Origin: Candidatus Cloacimonadales bacterium
GTDB lineage: Bacteria > Cloacimonadota > Cloacimonadia > Cloacimonadales > JAFGVF01
Length of the DNA: 64,000 nucleotides
Direction: 5' to 3'
Assembly: GCA_963662585.1 (NCBI GenBank)
Contig: OY759729.1
Location: 960,001 to 1,024,000 of the forward strand
The position numbers and the translations under genes are program-made. The notes under the pieces were generated by a model. It saw nothing but the letters and a program-made list of their open reading frames with translations, did no database searches and was not told the DNA's origin. Shown here piece after piece: positions 18,985 to 29,247 of this stretch; position 1 is the stretch's first letter, and each line of letters opens with the position of its first letter.

Positions 18985-19806
18985 ATGGAAGCAATAATTT
19001 TGACTGGGAGTTCAGTCGAAAAAATATTAGAAGAGTTTAGTCGTGGGCGAAAAATCAAGCTTGACGACATACAGTACGAAGTTATAGAAGAGGGAAAATC
19101 TGGTTTTTTAGGATTTTTTGGTTCTAAGAAAGCCCAGATTAAGATTACCTCTTTTGGTATCAAACAAGAAGTAATGACCTTTTTAGAAAAACTTTTAGAT
19201 AAAATGGAAATAGAATTTGTAGATATTGAGGAGTCCGAAACCAAAGATTCTTTAAATTATCACATTGTTGGTTCATCTGATCCAGGATTCTTAATAGGGA
19301 AAGAGGCTCGTTTCCTTAACAATATGCAGTATCTTATTAATAGAATTTTTGAAGATAAAACTTCTACTAAAAGAATCTATCTTGATGTTGATAATTATAA
19401 AGAGCGTCAAGCTGAACAGGTCATCAGAAAATATGAGCCTATCTTAGACAAGGTAGTATCCAATCAAAAACCATATACATTAGAACCGCTAGATCCTAAT
19501 ATTCGTCGTGTAATTCACAAATTTATTGAGAGTCGTCCAGAAATTAGCACTCTTACTATCGGTGAAGGAAAGATGAAAAGAATCGTTGTTTTCCCAAAAG
19601 ATTATGATCAAACAAAGATTCGTAAAAGGTCTTATACCCCACCTTCAAGAAGGACTAATAATAATCAAGACAATAGCGATAGAAAAGCTAATCCTCGTCC
19701 ACATAGCAAAACTGCCTCTACTGCAAATAGCCCTAAGACAGGATTTAAACCGCGTAAAAAGCCTTATCGCAAACCAAAGAAACAATCGGACAGTGATACT
19801 GAATAG
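18985..19806 (+). CDS. jag: RNA-binding protein Jag/KhpB (EloR)
   Basis: Jag_N (GKSGFLGFFG), KH (GFLIGK), R3H (RRVIH); basic C-terminal tail. Confidence 0.9.
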   Translation: MEAIILTGSSVEKILEEFSRGRKIKLDDIQYEVIEEGKSGFLGFFGSKKAQIKITSFGIKQEVMTFLEKLLDKMEIEFVDIEESETKDSLNYHIVGSSDPGFLIGKEARFLNNMQYLINRIFEDKTSTKRIYLDVDNYKERQAEQVIRKYEPILDKVVSNQKPYTLEPLDPNIRRVIHKFIESRPEISTLTIGEGKMKRIVVFPKDYDQTKIRKRSYTPPSRRTNNNQDNSDRKANPRPHSKTASTANSPKTGFKPRKKPYRKPKKQSDSDTE

Positions 19807-19813
19807 CTGATAT

Positions 19814-20602
19814 ATGCTAAAAATAAAAATTATAGATGCCGGGCATTTTTATTCTGATGCTGGTGCTTCTTTAGGAAATCTTCCTCGGTCAATCTGGGGA
19901 AGATTTCTTACAGTTGATGAAAAACACAGAATGCGTCTAAATCTTAATCTATTATTGATTGAGCTTGGTGAAAGAGTAATACTTGTTGATACAGGAATTG
20001 GGAATAAAATGACAGAGAAAGAGAGGAAAATCTTCTCTCCTAGCTTTCGTTCTTTTGACACCGCCTTAGCAGATTATGGACTTAGGACTGACTCGATAAC
20101 TGATGTTATAATGACCCATCTTCATCATGATCATGCAGGTGGAATCGTAAGTTATGATCAAGAAGGTGAAGAGTATTTAACCTTTAGTAAGGCAACTTTT
20201 CATATTCAGCAATCAGAATGGCAGATAGCTAAGTACCCTGATGATTTGAATAGGGCGGCTTATGACTTCGAGCGTAATTTAAAACTCTTGGAGGAAAAAG
20301 GCAAACTCAATATCATAGATGGTGATTATAGTCTGTGTGATGGTGTCTCTCTCAAACTTGTGGGCGGACATTCTGAAGGGATGCAAATTATTATTATTAA
20401 TAGTAAAGAAGAGAAATACATCTATGCTGGGGATATAATTCCTTCGGCTACATATTTAAAAATCCCTATAACCTCTGCTTATGATGTTTGTCGTAGAGAT
20501 ACAGTTACAGCCAAGAAATGGATATTAGAGAAGCTTGAAAACGAGGGTTATAAATTGATTTATGATCATTCAACAGAGGAGCTATTTTATGCTAAAAAGT
20601 AG
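19814..20602 (+). CDS. MBL-fold metallo-hydrolase (YtnP-like)
   Basis: LVDTGIG, THLHHDHAGG, GGHSEG, YAGD. Confidence 0.85.
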   Translation: MLKIKIIDAGHFYSDAGASLGNLPRSIWGRFLTVDEKHRMRLNLNLLLIELGERVILVDTGIGNKMTEKERKIFSPSFRSFDTALADYGLRTDSITDVIMTHLHHDHAGGIVSYDQEGEEYLTFSKATFHIQQSEWQIAKYPDDLNRAAYDFERNLKLLEEKGKLNIIDGDYSLCDGVSLKLVGGHSEGMQIIIINSKEEKYIYAGDIIPSATYLKIPITSAYDVCRRDTVTAKKWILEKLENEGYKLIYDHSTEELFYAKK

Positions 20603-21440
20603 GATTTCCTTATTAATAATTCTAGTGGTAGGAGCTGGATTATTATTGAGCAGTTGTATAAACAAAGATAATAAAAATCCAAAAGGAATTGTAGTAACTT
20701 CTCCTGAAGTGGCTGAAATAATTGCTGATTTAGGTGGATTAGACTTAATCATTGCTCGTACTGAATATTGTGATTACCCTCCTGAGATGCAAGAGATTGA
20801 ATCAATTGGAGATTTCAGTTCTATTAATATAGAAAGAGTAATTGCTCTTAAGCCCCGCTTGATTTTTACTGCAGCCTTTGAACAAGAAGAGTTTTATGAT
20901 AAATTACAAGCTTTTGGCATTGAAGTTGTAAAAATTCATTCAAATTCTTTAGCTTCTTATTATGAAAATGTCCAGTTAATAGCTGATAAATTAAAGCTTA
21001 CAGATAAGGCTTCTGAATTAATAACAAGCTTTAAGCATGATGAAAAGAGCCTTACCCTACCTAGTAATCATCCTAAAGTCTATTTTGAAATATCTCCTAA
21101 TTTAGGAACAGTTACTAACAGCTCTTTCATTGGAGATATAATTATAAAAGCTGGTGGTATCAATATCTTTGGTGAAATTAATAAAGACTTTTTAATAGCC
21201 AAGAATGAAGATATAGTTGAAGCAAATCCTGATGTTATAATTGCCTTATCATATATGAGTAAAGAAGAAATTTCTTTAAGAAGGGGTTGGCAAGATATCA
21301 ATGCTGTAAAGCAAGGACGAATTTATACTGTTGATGATATAGATATTGACACTATAATGAGAACAGTTCCTCGTTCAACTGAAGCACTAAAAAAATTTAA
21401 CCAATGGTTCTTAGATTATGACAAAACACAAGATAATTAA
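20589..21440 (+). CDS. Cobalamin/Fe-siderophore ABC transporter substrate-binding lipoprotein (BtuF-like)
   Basis: Lipobox LLSSC, YCDYP, NIERVIALKP, NPDVI, AVKQGRIY; ATG 20589 with gaggag RBS. Confidence 0.8.
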   Translation: MLKSRISLLIILVVGAGLLLSSCINKDNKNPKGIVVTSPEVAEIIADLGGLDLIIARTEYCDYPPEMQEIESIGDFSSINIERVIALKPRLIFTAAFEQEEFYDKLQAFGIEVVKIHSNSLASYYENVQLIADKLKLTDKASELITSFKHDEKSLTLPSNHPKVYFEISPNLGTVTNSSFIGDIIIKAGGINIFGEINKDFLIAKNEDIVEANPDVIIALSYMSKEEISLRRGWQDINAVKQGRIYTVDDIDIDTIMRTVPRSTEALKKFNQWFLDYDKTQDN

Positions 21441-22350
21441 TACCTACTTAGGCTTAGGTTTTCTTTTACTAGCTGTCTCATTTCTCTATTTATATTATAA
21501 AGTTCCTTCTACAGAAATCTTAGTAGCTATCAGATTACCTCGCTTTATTCTTACCCTCCTTACAGGGGTAGTATTGGCTTCAGTGGGTAATATATATCAG
21601 ATGCTTTTAAATAATCCCTTAGCAGAGCCCTATATACTAGGCACAAGCTCTGGTTCTGCACTTTTTTCCATCACTGCCTACATCATGGGATTCACCTATT
21701 TAATGCCTCTTTTTGGTTTCGCAGGTGCTGTCCTAGCTATGACTTTAGTTTGGTTCATCGCCAAGACTGGCTCTGGGATTAATACAGTGAAATTAATCCT
21801 TTCAGGTATTATCGTCTCAATGATCTGTTCTGCAATAATCTCACTCTACATCTACCTCTTCCCTAATCAAATTACTATCATTATGGGAACATTAATGGGC
21901 AGTCTTAATCATGTTTTCACTAACTTGGAATATTACATATTTCTGGCTTTAGTTGCAATATCTATCCTTCTTCTTACCTATCTTTACTTCCTTTCAAATA
22001 GTCTTAATATTATCTCAACAGGAGAATTAACAGCACATTCACTGGGAGTTGATACTGCCAAAATCAGAAAGCAGATCTTTGTTATTACATCTATTCTTAT
22101 TGCAATTGTTACTTCTTATGCAGGGATCATTGGTTTTGTGGGTTTAATTATTCCCCATATTGTAAGAATGATTTGTGGTGATAATCTAAGAAACAACTAT
22201 TTTATTACTATGATCATCGGAGGAATTTTTCTCATCCTCTGTGATTTCGTGGCTTATCATATTAGCCCCTTTGGAGAATTACCAGTAGGAATAATAACTA
22301 CAATCATTGGTAGTTTCTTCTTCATTTCAATATTGAGAAAAAGGAATTAA
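21418..22350 (+). CDS. FecCD/BtuC family ABC permease
   Basis: IRLPR, NPLAEPYILG, AHSLGV, GIIGFVGLIIPH, LPVGIIT. Confidence 0.88.
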   Translation: MTKHKIINTYLGLGFLLLAVSFLYLYYKVPSTEILVAIRLPRFILTLLTGVVLASVGNIYQMLLNNPLAEPYILGTSSGSALFSITAYIMGFTYLMPLFGFAGAVLAMTLVWFIAKTGSGINTVKLILSGIIVSMICSAIISLYIYLFPNQITIIMGTLMGSLNHVFTNLEYYIFLALVAISILLLTYLYFLSNSLNIISTGELTAHSLGVDTAKIRKQIFVITSILIAIVTSYAGIIGFVGLIIPHIVRMICGDNLRNNYFITMIIGGIFLILCDFVAYHISPFGELPVGIITTIIGSFFFISILRKRN

Positions 22351-22351
22351 A

Positions 22352-23224
22352 ATGGAATATATTAGAAAGCTTACCAAAGAAGACAAGGACAAAATACTTG
22401 CAGTATGTGCAACTATCTGGGATGGAGATGACTATATTCCTCATGTCTTAGATAAATGGATTACTGATCCTAATGGTTACTTTGTCGGACTTTTTGAGGA
22501 AGATAAACTTCTTGGCTTTGGTAGACTTGCCTCGCATGGTGATGGTAACTTTTGGTTGGAAGGTCTTAGAAAAGATCACTCCTTAAAAGTTAAAGGTGTA
22601 GGAAAGAAAATAGCTGATTATCTTATAAAAATTGCCATTGATCACGAGTTTAAATCCTTGAAATTCTCAACCTATATTGATAATGTTGAATCTATATCAT
22701 TAAATGAAAAGATTGGTTTTGCTAAGATTAAGCAATGGTCATTTTTAGAAGTTCAACAAGATACTTATAAAGATATTTCGTTTTCAGATAGTGATAGCCT
22801 TTCCCAAGATATTACACTTCAACAGTTTATTGATTTTATCAAGACATCAAGTTTCCTTACTGAAATGGATAATTGTCTCTGTGAAGGGTGGAAAGTATAT
22901 GATATTTCTGATGAATATCTTAAAAAGTTATACGAAAAAGCTAGAACTTTTGCTATTATAGAAAATGACGCAATTCAAGCCATGATTTGCTCAATTACTG
23001 ATAACGATGATAATGTTTTTGTTTCCTTCTTTGATTTTAAAACAAAAATACAGTGCCAAGCACTTATCCATAAAGTATTTCAACACGCTACTCAATTAAA
23101 CTCCAGAGCTGTAAGTTCGATAGTTCCTAATCATAATAGAGTAGATTGTCTAGAAAGCTTCGGCTTTGAATCTTGGGAACAGAAAGACGACTTTCTCTTA
23201 TTTGAATATAAAGGTAAAAAATGA
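22352..23224 (+). CDS. GNAT family N-acetyltransferase
   Basis: WLEGLR...KGVGK, N..SISLNEKIGF. Confidence 0.75.
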   Translation: MEYIRKLTKEDKDKILAVCATIWDGDDYIPHVLDKWITDPNGYFVGLFEEDKLLGFGRLASHGDGNFWLEGLRKDHSLKVKGVGKKIADYLIKIAIDHEFKSLKFSTYIDNVESISLNEKIGFAKIKQWSFLEVQQDTYKDISFSDSDSLSQDITLQQFIDFIKTSSFLTEMDNCLCEGWKVYDISDEYLKKLYEKARTFAIIENDAIQAMICSITDNDDNVFVSFFDFKTKIQCQALIHKVFQHATQLNSRAVSSIVPNHNRVDCLESFGFESWEQKDDFLLFEYKGKK

Positions 23225-24720
23225 ATATAAACAGAAGCTCAGGAGTCTTACTCCATCCTACAGCTCTTCCTAATCCCTTTGGAATAGGAGATTTTGGTCT
23301 TGAAGCATATAAATTTATTGATTTCTTAGCTAAGCTAAAACAAGAATACTGGCAGATACTTCCCTTAACTATACCTGAAAAAGGTAACTCTCCTTATTCC
23401 CCTCTTAGTTCTTTTGCAGGAAATCCCCTCCTAATCTCCTTAGAAAAGTTAGTAGAAGATAATTTCTTGCAAGCTTCTGATTTAGAGAGTCTTTCTTCTT
23501 TTAAAAATAAAATAGACTATTCCCAAGTAAAAGAAGAAAAAGAGTTTCTTTTAAAGAAGGCCTTTACCAATTTCTCTGCAGATAATCAAGATTATGCTAA
23601 TTTCTGTAAACATCATTGGTTAGAAGATTATTCTCTTTTTATCACTCTCTATGAAAAGAATGAGAAAAAAGCTTGGAGTGAATGGTCAGAAGAGGAAAAG
23701 AATCCAACTTTATCAGATAAAAATAAGTTAATAGCTAAATTTAATGATCAAGTTAACTACCATAAATTTGTCCAATTTATCTTCCATAAGCAGTGGTTAC
23801 AGTTAAAAAATTATGCTAATCAACAAAATATTCAAATAGTGGGAGATATTCCTATTTATGTTTCCTACAACTCAGCTGATGTCTGGGCTAATAAGCAACT
23901 TTTTCAATTAGATGAAGATGCTAAAGCTCAATTTATTTCTGGTTGCCCGCCTGATGATTTTAATCACAATGGACAAATATGGGAAAATCCCCTCTACGAC
24001 TGGGAAGAAAACAAGAAAGAAGATTATAAATGGTGGAAAGAGAGAATCGGCTATAACCTCGAAGTTTCTGATATTGTCAGACTAGACCACTTCATTGGCT
24101 TTACCCGTTATTGGAGTATTCCTAGCGACTTGTTTGATGCTAAGCTAGGAGAATGGAAACAAGGGCCTGGAGAAGAGCTCTTCATCTCCTTAGAAAAAGC
24201 TATTCCTAATCTTAATATTTTAGCTGAAGACTTAGGTTCACTTACAAAGGAAGTTACTCAACTAAAAGATAATTTCAACTTCCCTGGTATGCTGGTGCTT
24301 CATTACTCCCTTGACGACCATAAGTTTAATACCAAAAATGATCCTTACAAAACTTTTATCTATACAGGCACTCATGATAACAACACTACTAAAGGTTGGT
24401 GGAATGATTATGCCCACAAGCATAATCTTATTAAAGAGAATCTCTATAAATACCTGGCAGAAGTAAGAGAAACATCTGACTTTAGCATCAATCAAGATAC
24501 TATTGCTTTTGATTTAATTGAAGTAGCTTACTCCTCTAATTGTCTTGTTGCCATGGTTCCACTCCAGGATTTTCTTAATCTCGGAGACGACTATAGAATG
24601 AATAGACCTGGCTTTGCTGAAGGTAACTGGGATCTTAGGATTCCTCATAATTATGCAGAACTTATTAATCAAGAATTGGTGACTGAATTGATGAGAAAAT
24701 ATAATAGAATAGCTAATTAA
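23221..24720 (+). CDS. malQ: 4-alpha-glucanotransferase (GH77)
   Basis: SGVLLHPTALP, WQILPL, GDIPIYV, RLDHFIGF, AEDLG, YTGTHDN, RMNRPG. Confidence 0.95.
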   Translation: MNINRSSGVLLHPTALPNPFGIGDFGLEAYKFIDFLAKLKQEYWQILPLTIPEKGNSPYSPLSSFAGNPLLISLEKLVEDNFLQASDLESLSSFKNKIDYSQVKEEKEFLLKKAFTNFSADNQDYANFCKHHWLEDYSLFITLYEKNEKKAWSEWSEEEKNPTLSDKNKLIAKFNDQVNYHKFVQFIFHKQWLQLKNYANQQNIQIVGDIPIYVSYNSADVWANKQLFQLDEDAKAQFISGCPPDDFNHNGQIWENPLYDWEENKKEDYKWWKERIGYNLEVSDIVRLDHFIGFTRYWSIPSDLFDAKLGEWKQGPGEELFISLEKAIPNLNILAEDLGSLTKEVTQLKDNFNFPGMLVLHYSLDDHKFNTKNDPYKTFIYTGTHDNNTTKGWWNDYAHKHNLIKENLYKYLAEVRETSDFSINQDTIAFDLIEVAYSSNCLVAMVPLQDFLNLGDDYRMNRPGFAEGNWDLRIPHNYAELINQELVTELMRKYNRIAN

Positions 24721-24757
24721 AACGGGTATACCAGAGACTTATTTATAAATTTGATTA

Positions 24758-24890
24758 AACCCTTTGAGTCTTCGCATAAAGCTATGCCTTCACAAGACAG
24801 GGTTATTTCCATAGTTTTGGATATTGTACCTGGGGTGACGATCCCTATAGGATCTTACCCCAGGCTAATCTATTAATCCCTTTTAGGGAT
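24758..24890. repeat. Three-hairpin REP/MITE-like element
   Basis: aaccct...agggtt; cctggggt-gacgatccctataggatctt-accccagg; atccct-ttt-agggat. Confidence 0.6.
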
Positions 24891-24963
24891 ATTTTTATCA
24901 TTACATTATTAACTAAACTGTTTGTTATACATTCATCTTTCCAGCAGACTTGAACTTGAGCCT

Positions 24964-24997
24964 AAAAAAGTAGAGGCATATCATCATACGCCTCTAC
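24964..24997 (-). terminator. Intrinsic terminator
   Basis: gtagaggc/gcctctac stem plus T6 on minus strand. Confidence 0.8.
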
Positions 24998-25030
24998 AAT
25001 TATCTAAATTATATTCTTTTCTAATAGATG

Positions 25031-27043
25031 CTATTTCATAAACAATACTTTTCTAACATCTCTACTTTCTTCATTTTCTAAAACCATATAGTAGATGCCT
25101 GAGCTGACTTTTCTACCACTACTATCTTTTCCATTCCAATTTATTTTAGCCTTCTTGTTAGCTTTTGCAAAAGATTTAACCTCTCTGACTAATTGACCTT
25201 TCAGGTTATATATCTTAATTACTTGATCAGCAGATTTTGATCTAAAGCCAATATTTAAAGAATCATGGAAAGGATTTGGGTAAACAGAAGTAAAGCCGTT
25301 AGCATATTCTACTTCATTATTATCATTTGCAACAACCATGAAATCTAAGGAATAAGTTGGAGTAAAAGCCTCTAACCCTGCTTGATCCTCAGCAAAAATA
25401 CGGTAATTAATAACATTATTTTGATTGGTGGAATAATCGAAATCCCATAAGAGATGATAACTATCATTTCCAATGTTATCAAACTCTAAAGTTTCTTCCA
25501 AGCCATTTACTTCTGTCCATAAATTAACGCTAGATATATCATTGTTAGGGTCAGTTACAGTACATACCACATTAATTGGTAATGATAAAGAATCAAATTC
25601 CGGTAGTGGAGTAAATTCAATAACAGGAGGTAACATTGCACCTGTTTGAGCAGTATAAATAAACTCAAAAGGATCAGCAGCACCGATGTAAGGATAATTT
25701 TCAGAATTTCCTGCTTCATCTGCAGAATGTAAGTAATATTGAATTACTTGATTAGTTGTAAAAGGACCAATCTCAGCACTCCAAGTATTACCATCAACAT
25801 AGTCTAAATTAGTATATTGCCATTCAGTATCATCAATATCTTTATAATATACAAGAGTTGAGTCTGAATAAATTGTTTCTCCACTGAGAGCAGCAATGGA
25901 AGCTTCAATAGTAATTAACTCATCATCTACAGAACCAAATTTTGGATAATGTTGAATAGTTAACATATTTTGGTCAAAGATTTCATGAGTTCTACAATGA
26001 AGGGCATCTGTTGATTCCCAAGGGTTGCTGGTATTGTTGAATACTCCAAAAATTCTGTAGCCTGGCATAGCGTTTTCGTAAGTTTCCAGAGCGTCATCAT
26101 CCCATGAGCTTCCAGTTTGAGGAACAAATACTCTATCATTCAAAATTAGAGAATTAGAATATGGTTGATCATTAGGAGTATAAACTCTAATAACTTGATA
26201 AGGATATCCCCAAGAACAATTTGTTGTAGCAAAAGTATTGGCAACTGCTTCTAGCTCATCATATTGAGAATGAGAAGTAGGAACTTCTCTGATAAGTACT
26301 TTATCAACATCAAGGAATTTTCCCCAGCAATCAACATGGTCAATATAAGTTTCATTAGGGTCTTGAATAACCATATAGTCAGTAATCCCCATATATTGTT
26401 CCATAGTTGTGTTAACTAAAGTCTGATTATTTCCATTTTCAGTATAGGCAATATGCGAAGATGCAGCAATACCATAGCCATCAGTCATAAAGTTTCCACC
26501 TGTCTGCTCAATATTCATTGCATAATAGTTATAGTCATATTCTTGAGCAAATACTTGTGGGAAAAGATTATCATTAGGTCTAGGACGGTTATATTCAAAA
26601 TTTAAAACGCTTACCTCTTGATTACCATCAATAATGAACCAAGAAGAGTAATCTCTTGTCCAATAGGAATCTGTGTTAGCAATAATAAAAGTAAGATTAT
26701 CGTTATTAACTCCAGCAGAATTAAAACTATTCTGAGCTTGAGTTTGTTCCCAACTACTACTTACACTACAAATTACCTCTATTTCTTGAGATAATAAAGC
26801 TACAAAACTTGTTGGAATTCCTAAAGGATACCTAATTACAACAGCAGTAGCTGGTTCGAATTCAGCTAAAGCTCTCACAGGAGCTGCTGGTGGATTAGTT
26901 GGAGTAATTCTTTGATCTAGATCAAAGGTTAATTTGTCTTCATCTGTCCAAACAAACTCATCAATAAATAATTTTTCTGCGAATGTTTGTGTACTGATTA
27001 GCGTTATTAAAAGAAATAATAGACACTTAGTTAATTTTGTCAT
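25031..27043 (-). CDS. Secreted agmatine/peptidylarginine deiminase family protein with C-terminal FlgD/T9SS-like domain
   Basis: Signal peptide; AEFEP, WTRD, GGNFMTDG, HVD, ALHC motifs; YPNPF...WNGKD...SGIYY...KVLFMK tail. Confidence 0.85.
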   Translation of the reverse strand: MTKLTKCLLFLLITLISTQTFAEKLFIDEFVWTDEDKLTFDLDQRITPTNPPAAPVRALAEFEPATAVVIRYPLGIPTSFVALLSQEIEVICSVSSSWEQTQAQNSFNSAGVNNDNLTFIIANTDSYWTRDYSSWFIIDGNQEVSVLNFEYNRPRPNDNLFPQVFAQEYDYNYYAMNIEQTGGNFMTDGYGIAASSHIAYTENGNNQTLVNTTMEQYMGITDYMVIQDPNETYIDHVDCWGKFLDVDKVLIREVPTSHSQYDELEAVANTFATTNCSWGYPYQVIRVYTPNDQPYSNSLILNDRVFVPQTGSSWDDDALETYENAMPGYRIFGVFNNTSNPWESTDALHCRTHEIFDQNMLTIQHYPKFGSVDDELITIEASIAALSGETIYSDSTLVYYKDIDDTEWQYTNLDYVDGNTWSAEIGPFTTNQVIQYYLHSADEAGNSENYPYIGAADPFEFIYTAQTGAMLPPVIEFTPLPEFDSLSLPINVVCTVTDPNNDISSVNLWTEVNGLEETLEFDNIGNDSYHLLWDFDYSTNQNNVINYRIFAEDQAGLEAFTPTYSLDFMVVANDNNEVEYANGFTSVYPNPFHDSLNIGFRSKSADQVIKIYNLKGQLVREVKSFAKANKKAKINWNGKDSSGRKVSSGIYYMVLENEESRDVRKVLFMK

Positions 27044-27225
27044 GTTTTTGTTCCCCTATATAAATAAATCATCTAATTGACATAAGATTAAGGGATTAAG
27101 TAATAAAGCCCTACGATTCTGTCTTGATACTACTCATATAAAATAGGTAAAGTGTCAAGAATATTTTTTTTAGGGGGGGGAAAGAATGTCCTCAGTCTGA
27201 CAATAGAGCTTTTCTTCTATTCTTT

Positions 27226-27253
27226 AGAGGGGCGAAAAATGTTTCGCCCCTAC
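27226..27253 (-). repeat. GTAG-type REP palindrome
   Basis: Minus strand gtaggggcgaaacatttttcgcccctct. Confidence 0.75.
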
Positions 27254-27296
27254 ATTAGTGAAATTAGTGAAAGTTTTTTTTCTGAATTCTTAATAA

Positions 27297-29003
27297 TTAT
27301 TTGTTCTTTATCTTTGACCAAGCATCTTTAAGAGTAACAGTTCTGTTAAATACAGGTTTCTCTGGAGTAGAGTATTTAGAATCTAAAAAGAAGTAACCGA
27401 TTCTTTCGAATTGATAATTTACTCCAACTTTTGCTTTAGCTAATTCAGGTTCAACAAAACAGTTAGTTTTTATCTCTAAAGATTCAGGGTTTAAATAATC
27501 CAAGAATGTCTTATCTCCGTCTTTTTTGTTAGGATTTTCTTCCATGAAGAGGGAGTTATATTCTCTTACTTGAACTTGAGTTGCATGTTTTATAGAAAGC
27601 CAATGCATTGTTGCTTTAACTTTTCTGCCATCAGGAGCATTTCCGCCTTTAGTTTCAGGATCAAAAGTACAGTGCAATTCAATAATATTGCCGGCATCAT
27701 CCTTAATAACATCAGTACAAGTGATGAAATATGCGTAGCGAAGTCTCACTTCCCTTCCTTGTGATAATCTAAAGAATTTTTTAGGTGCATCTTCCATAAA
27801 GTCATCTTGTTCAATATATAATTCTCTTGAGAAAGGAACTAATCTTGTACCATCTTCTGGTTTCTCAGGATTATTTACAGCTTCTAACCACTCTTCTTTA
27901 TCTTCAGGATAATTAGTAATTACAACTTTTAAAGGATTAATTATTCCCATCATACGGAGAGCATTTTTATTAAGATCTTGTCTAACATGATACTCTAACA
28001 GAGCCATTTCTACAGTTGATTCTCTTTTAGCTAATCCAACCCCTTCACAAAAGTTACGAATAGATTGAGGAGTATATCCTCTTCTTCTCATTCCGCAGAT
28101 AGTAGGCATGCGTGGGTCATCCCAGCCATCAACTATCTTCTCATCAACTAGCTCTTTAAGTTTCCTTTTACTAGTTACAGTGTGAGTAATGTTCAATCTG
28201 GCAAACTCAATTTGTTGTGGATGATAAATTTCTAAGGCATCTAAGAACCAATCATAAAGTGCTCTATTATTCTGAAACTCCAAAGTACAGAGTGAGTGGG
28301 TAATACCTTCAAGTGAATCTTCCAAGCAATGAGCAAAATCATACATAGGATAGATGTGCCATTTATTGCCTGTTTGGTGATGATGAGCATGCCTGATACG
28401 ATAAATAAGAGGATCTCTCATCTTCATATTAGGGTGAGACATATCTATTTTAGCTCTCAAGGTATAAGCACCTTCAGCAAATTCACCCTCTTTCATTCTT
28501 TCTAAGAGATCTAAACTCTCTTCAATAGTTCTTTCTCTATCTGGAGAAGCTTTTCCTGCTTCTGTAACACTACCACGATATTCTCTAATTTGGTCTAAGG
28601 ATAAAGAACACACGAAAGCTAAGCCTTTCTTGATTAGTTGTTGAGCATATTCATAGAATTTATCAAAATATTGAGAAGCGTAATAGAGCCGATCATCCCA
28701 ATCATAGCCTAACCATTTAATATCTGCTTGAATTGAGTCAACATACTCCACATCTTCTGTTGTAGGATTTGTGTCATCAAAACGGAGATTGGTAAGTCCA
28801 TTATAATCTTTAGCAATGCCAAAATCTACAACAATAGCCTTGGCATGACCAATATGAAGATAACCATTAGGCTCAGGGGGAAATCTAGTGTGTACTCTTC
28901 CATCATACTTGCCACTTTCGTTATCTTTATCAATAATTTGTCTGATAAAATCTTTTGATTCACTCTTAGTTGTTAGTTCAACCTCTTCATTTTTACTAAT
29001 CAT
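27297..29003 (-). CDS. glnS: Glutamine--tRNA ligase
   Basis: RFPPEPNGYLHIGHAK, LRFDDTNP, YPMYDFAH, THSLCTLEF, TSKRKL, GWDDPRMPT. Confidence 0.97.
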   Translation of the reverse strand: MISKNEEVELTTKSESKDFIRQIIDKDNESGKYDGRVHTRFPPEPNGYLHIGHAKAIVVDFGIAKDYNGLTNLRFDDTNPTTEDVEYVDSIQADIKWLGYDWDDRLYYASQYFDKFYEYAQQLIKKGLAFVCSLSLDQIREYRGSVTEAGKASPDRERTIEESLDLLERMKEGEFAEGAYTLRAKIDMSHPNMKMRDPLIYRIRHAHHHQTGNKWHIYPMYDFAHCLEDSLEGITHSLCTLEFQNNRALYDWFLDALEIYHPQQIEFARLNITHTVTSKRKLKELVDEKIVDGWDDPRMPTICGMRRRGYTPQSIRNFCEGVGLAKRESTVEMALLEYHVRQDLNKNALRMMGIINPLKVVITNYPEDKEEWLEAVNNPEKPEDGTRLVPFSRELYIEQDDFMEDAPKKFFRLSQGREVRLRYAYFITCTDVIKDDAGNIIELHCTFDPETKGGNAPDGRKVKATMHWLSIKHATQVQVREYNSLFMEENPNKKDGDKTFLDYLNPESLEIKTNCFVEPELAKAKVGVNYQFERIGYFFLDSKYSTPEKPVFNRTVTLKDAWSKIKNK

Positions 29004-29137
29004 AGCTATTTACATCCTTTATCAAATTTACTGAACTAATTTAAATGATTATAAAAAAAGTCAAGGCAAATTTTACTTGAAAGGATTTGTATCAGTTTAA
29101 ATACGGAAGTCCCTGCTGGTAGCTAGCAATAATCCCA

Positions 29138-29164
29138 GTAGGGGCGAAACATCTTTCGCCCTCC
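29138..29164 (+). repeat. GTAG-type REP palindrome
   Basis: gtaggggcgaaacatctttcgccctcc, near-identical to the 27226-27253 copy. Confidence 0.75.
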
Positions 29165-29170
29165 CAAACT

Positions 29171-29240
29171 AAAAGCCCCACATTTCTGCAGGGCTATATA
29201 TTTGTTTTTATAGGAATGCCTTCAGGGATGAAGGCATTCC
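29171..29240 (-). terminator. 3' hairpin pair: perfect 12-bp stem followed by terminator
   Basis: ggaatgccttca-ggga-tgaaggcattcc (29213-29240), then agccc...gggct plus TTTT on minus strand. Confidence 0.7.
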
Positions 29241-29247
29241 CAGTGTT

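Noticed and set aside
20400..20589. Cobalamin riboswitch before the BtuF-like gene
   Set aside because: Region is coding sequence of the overlapping upstream gene; no B12-box seen.
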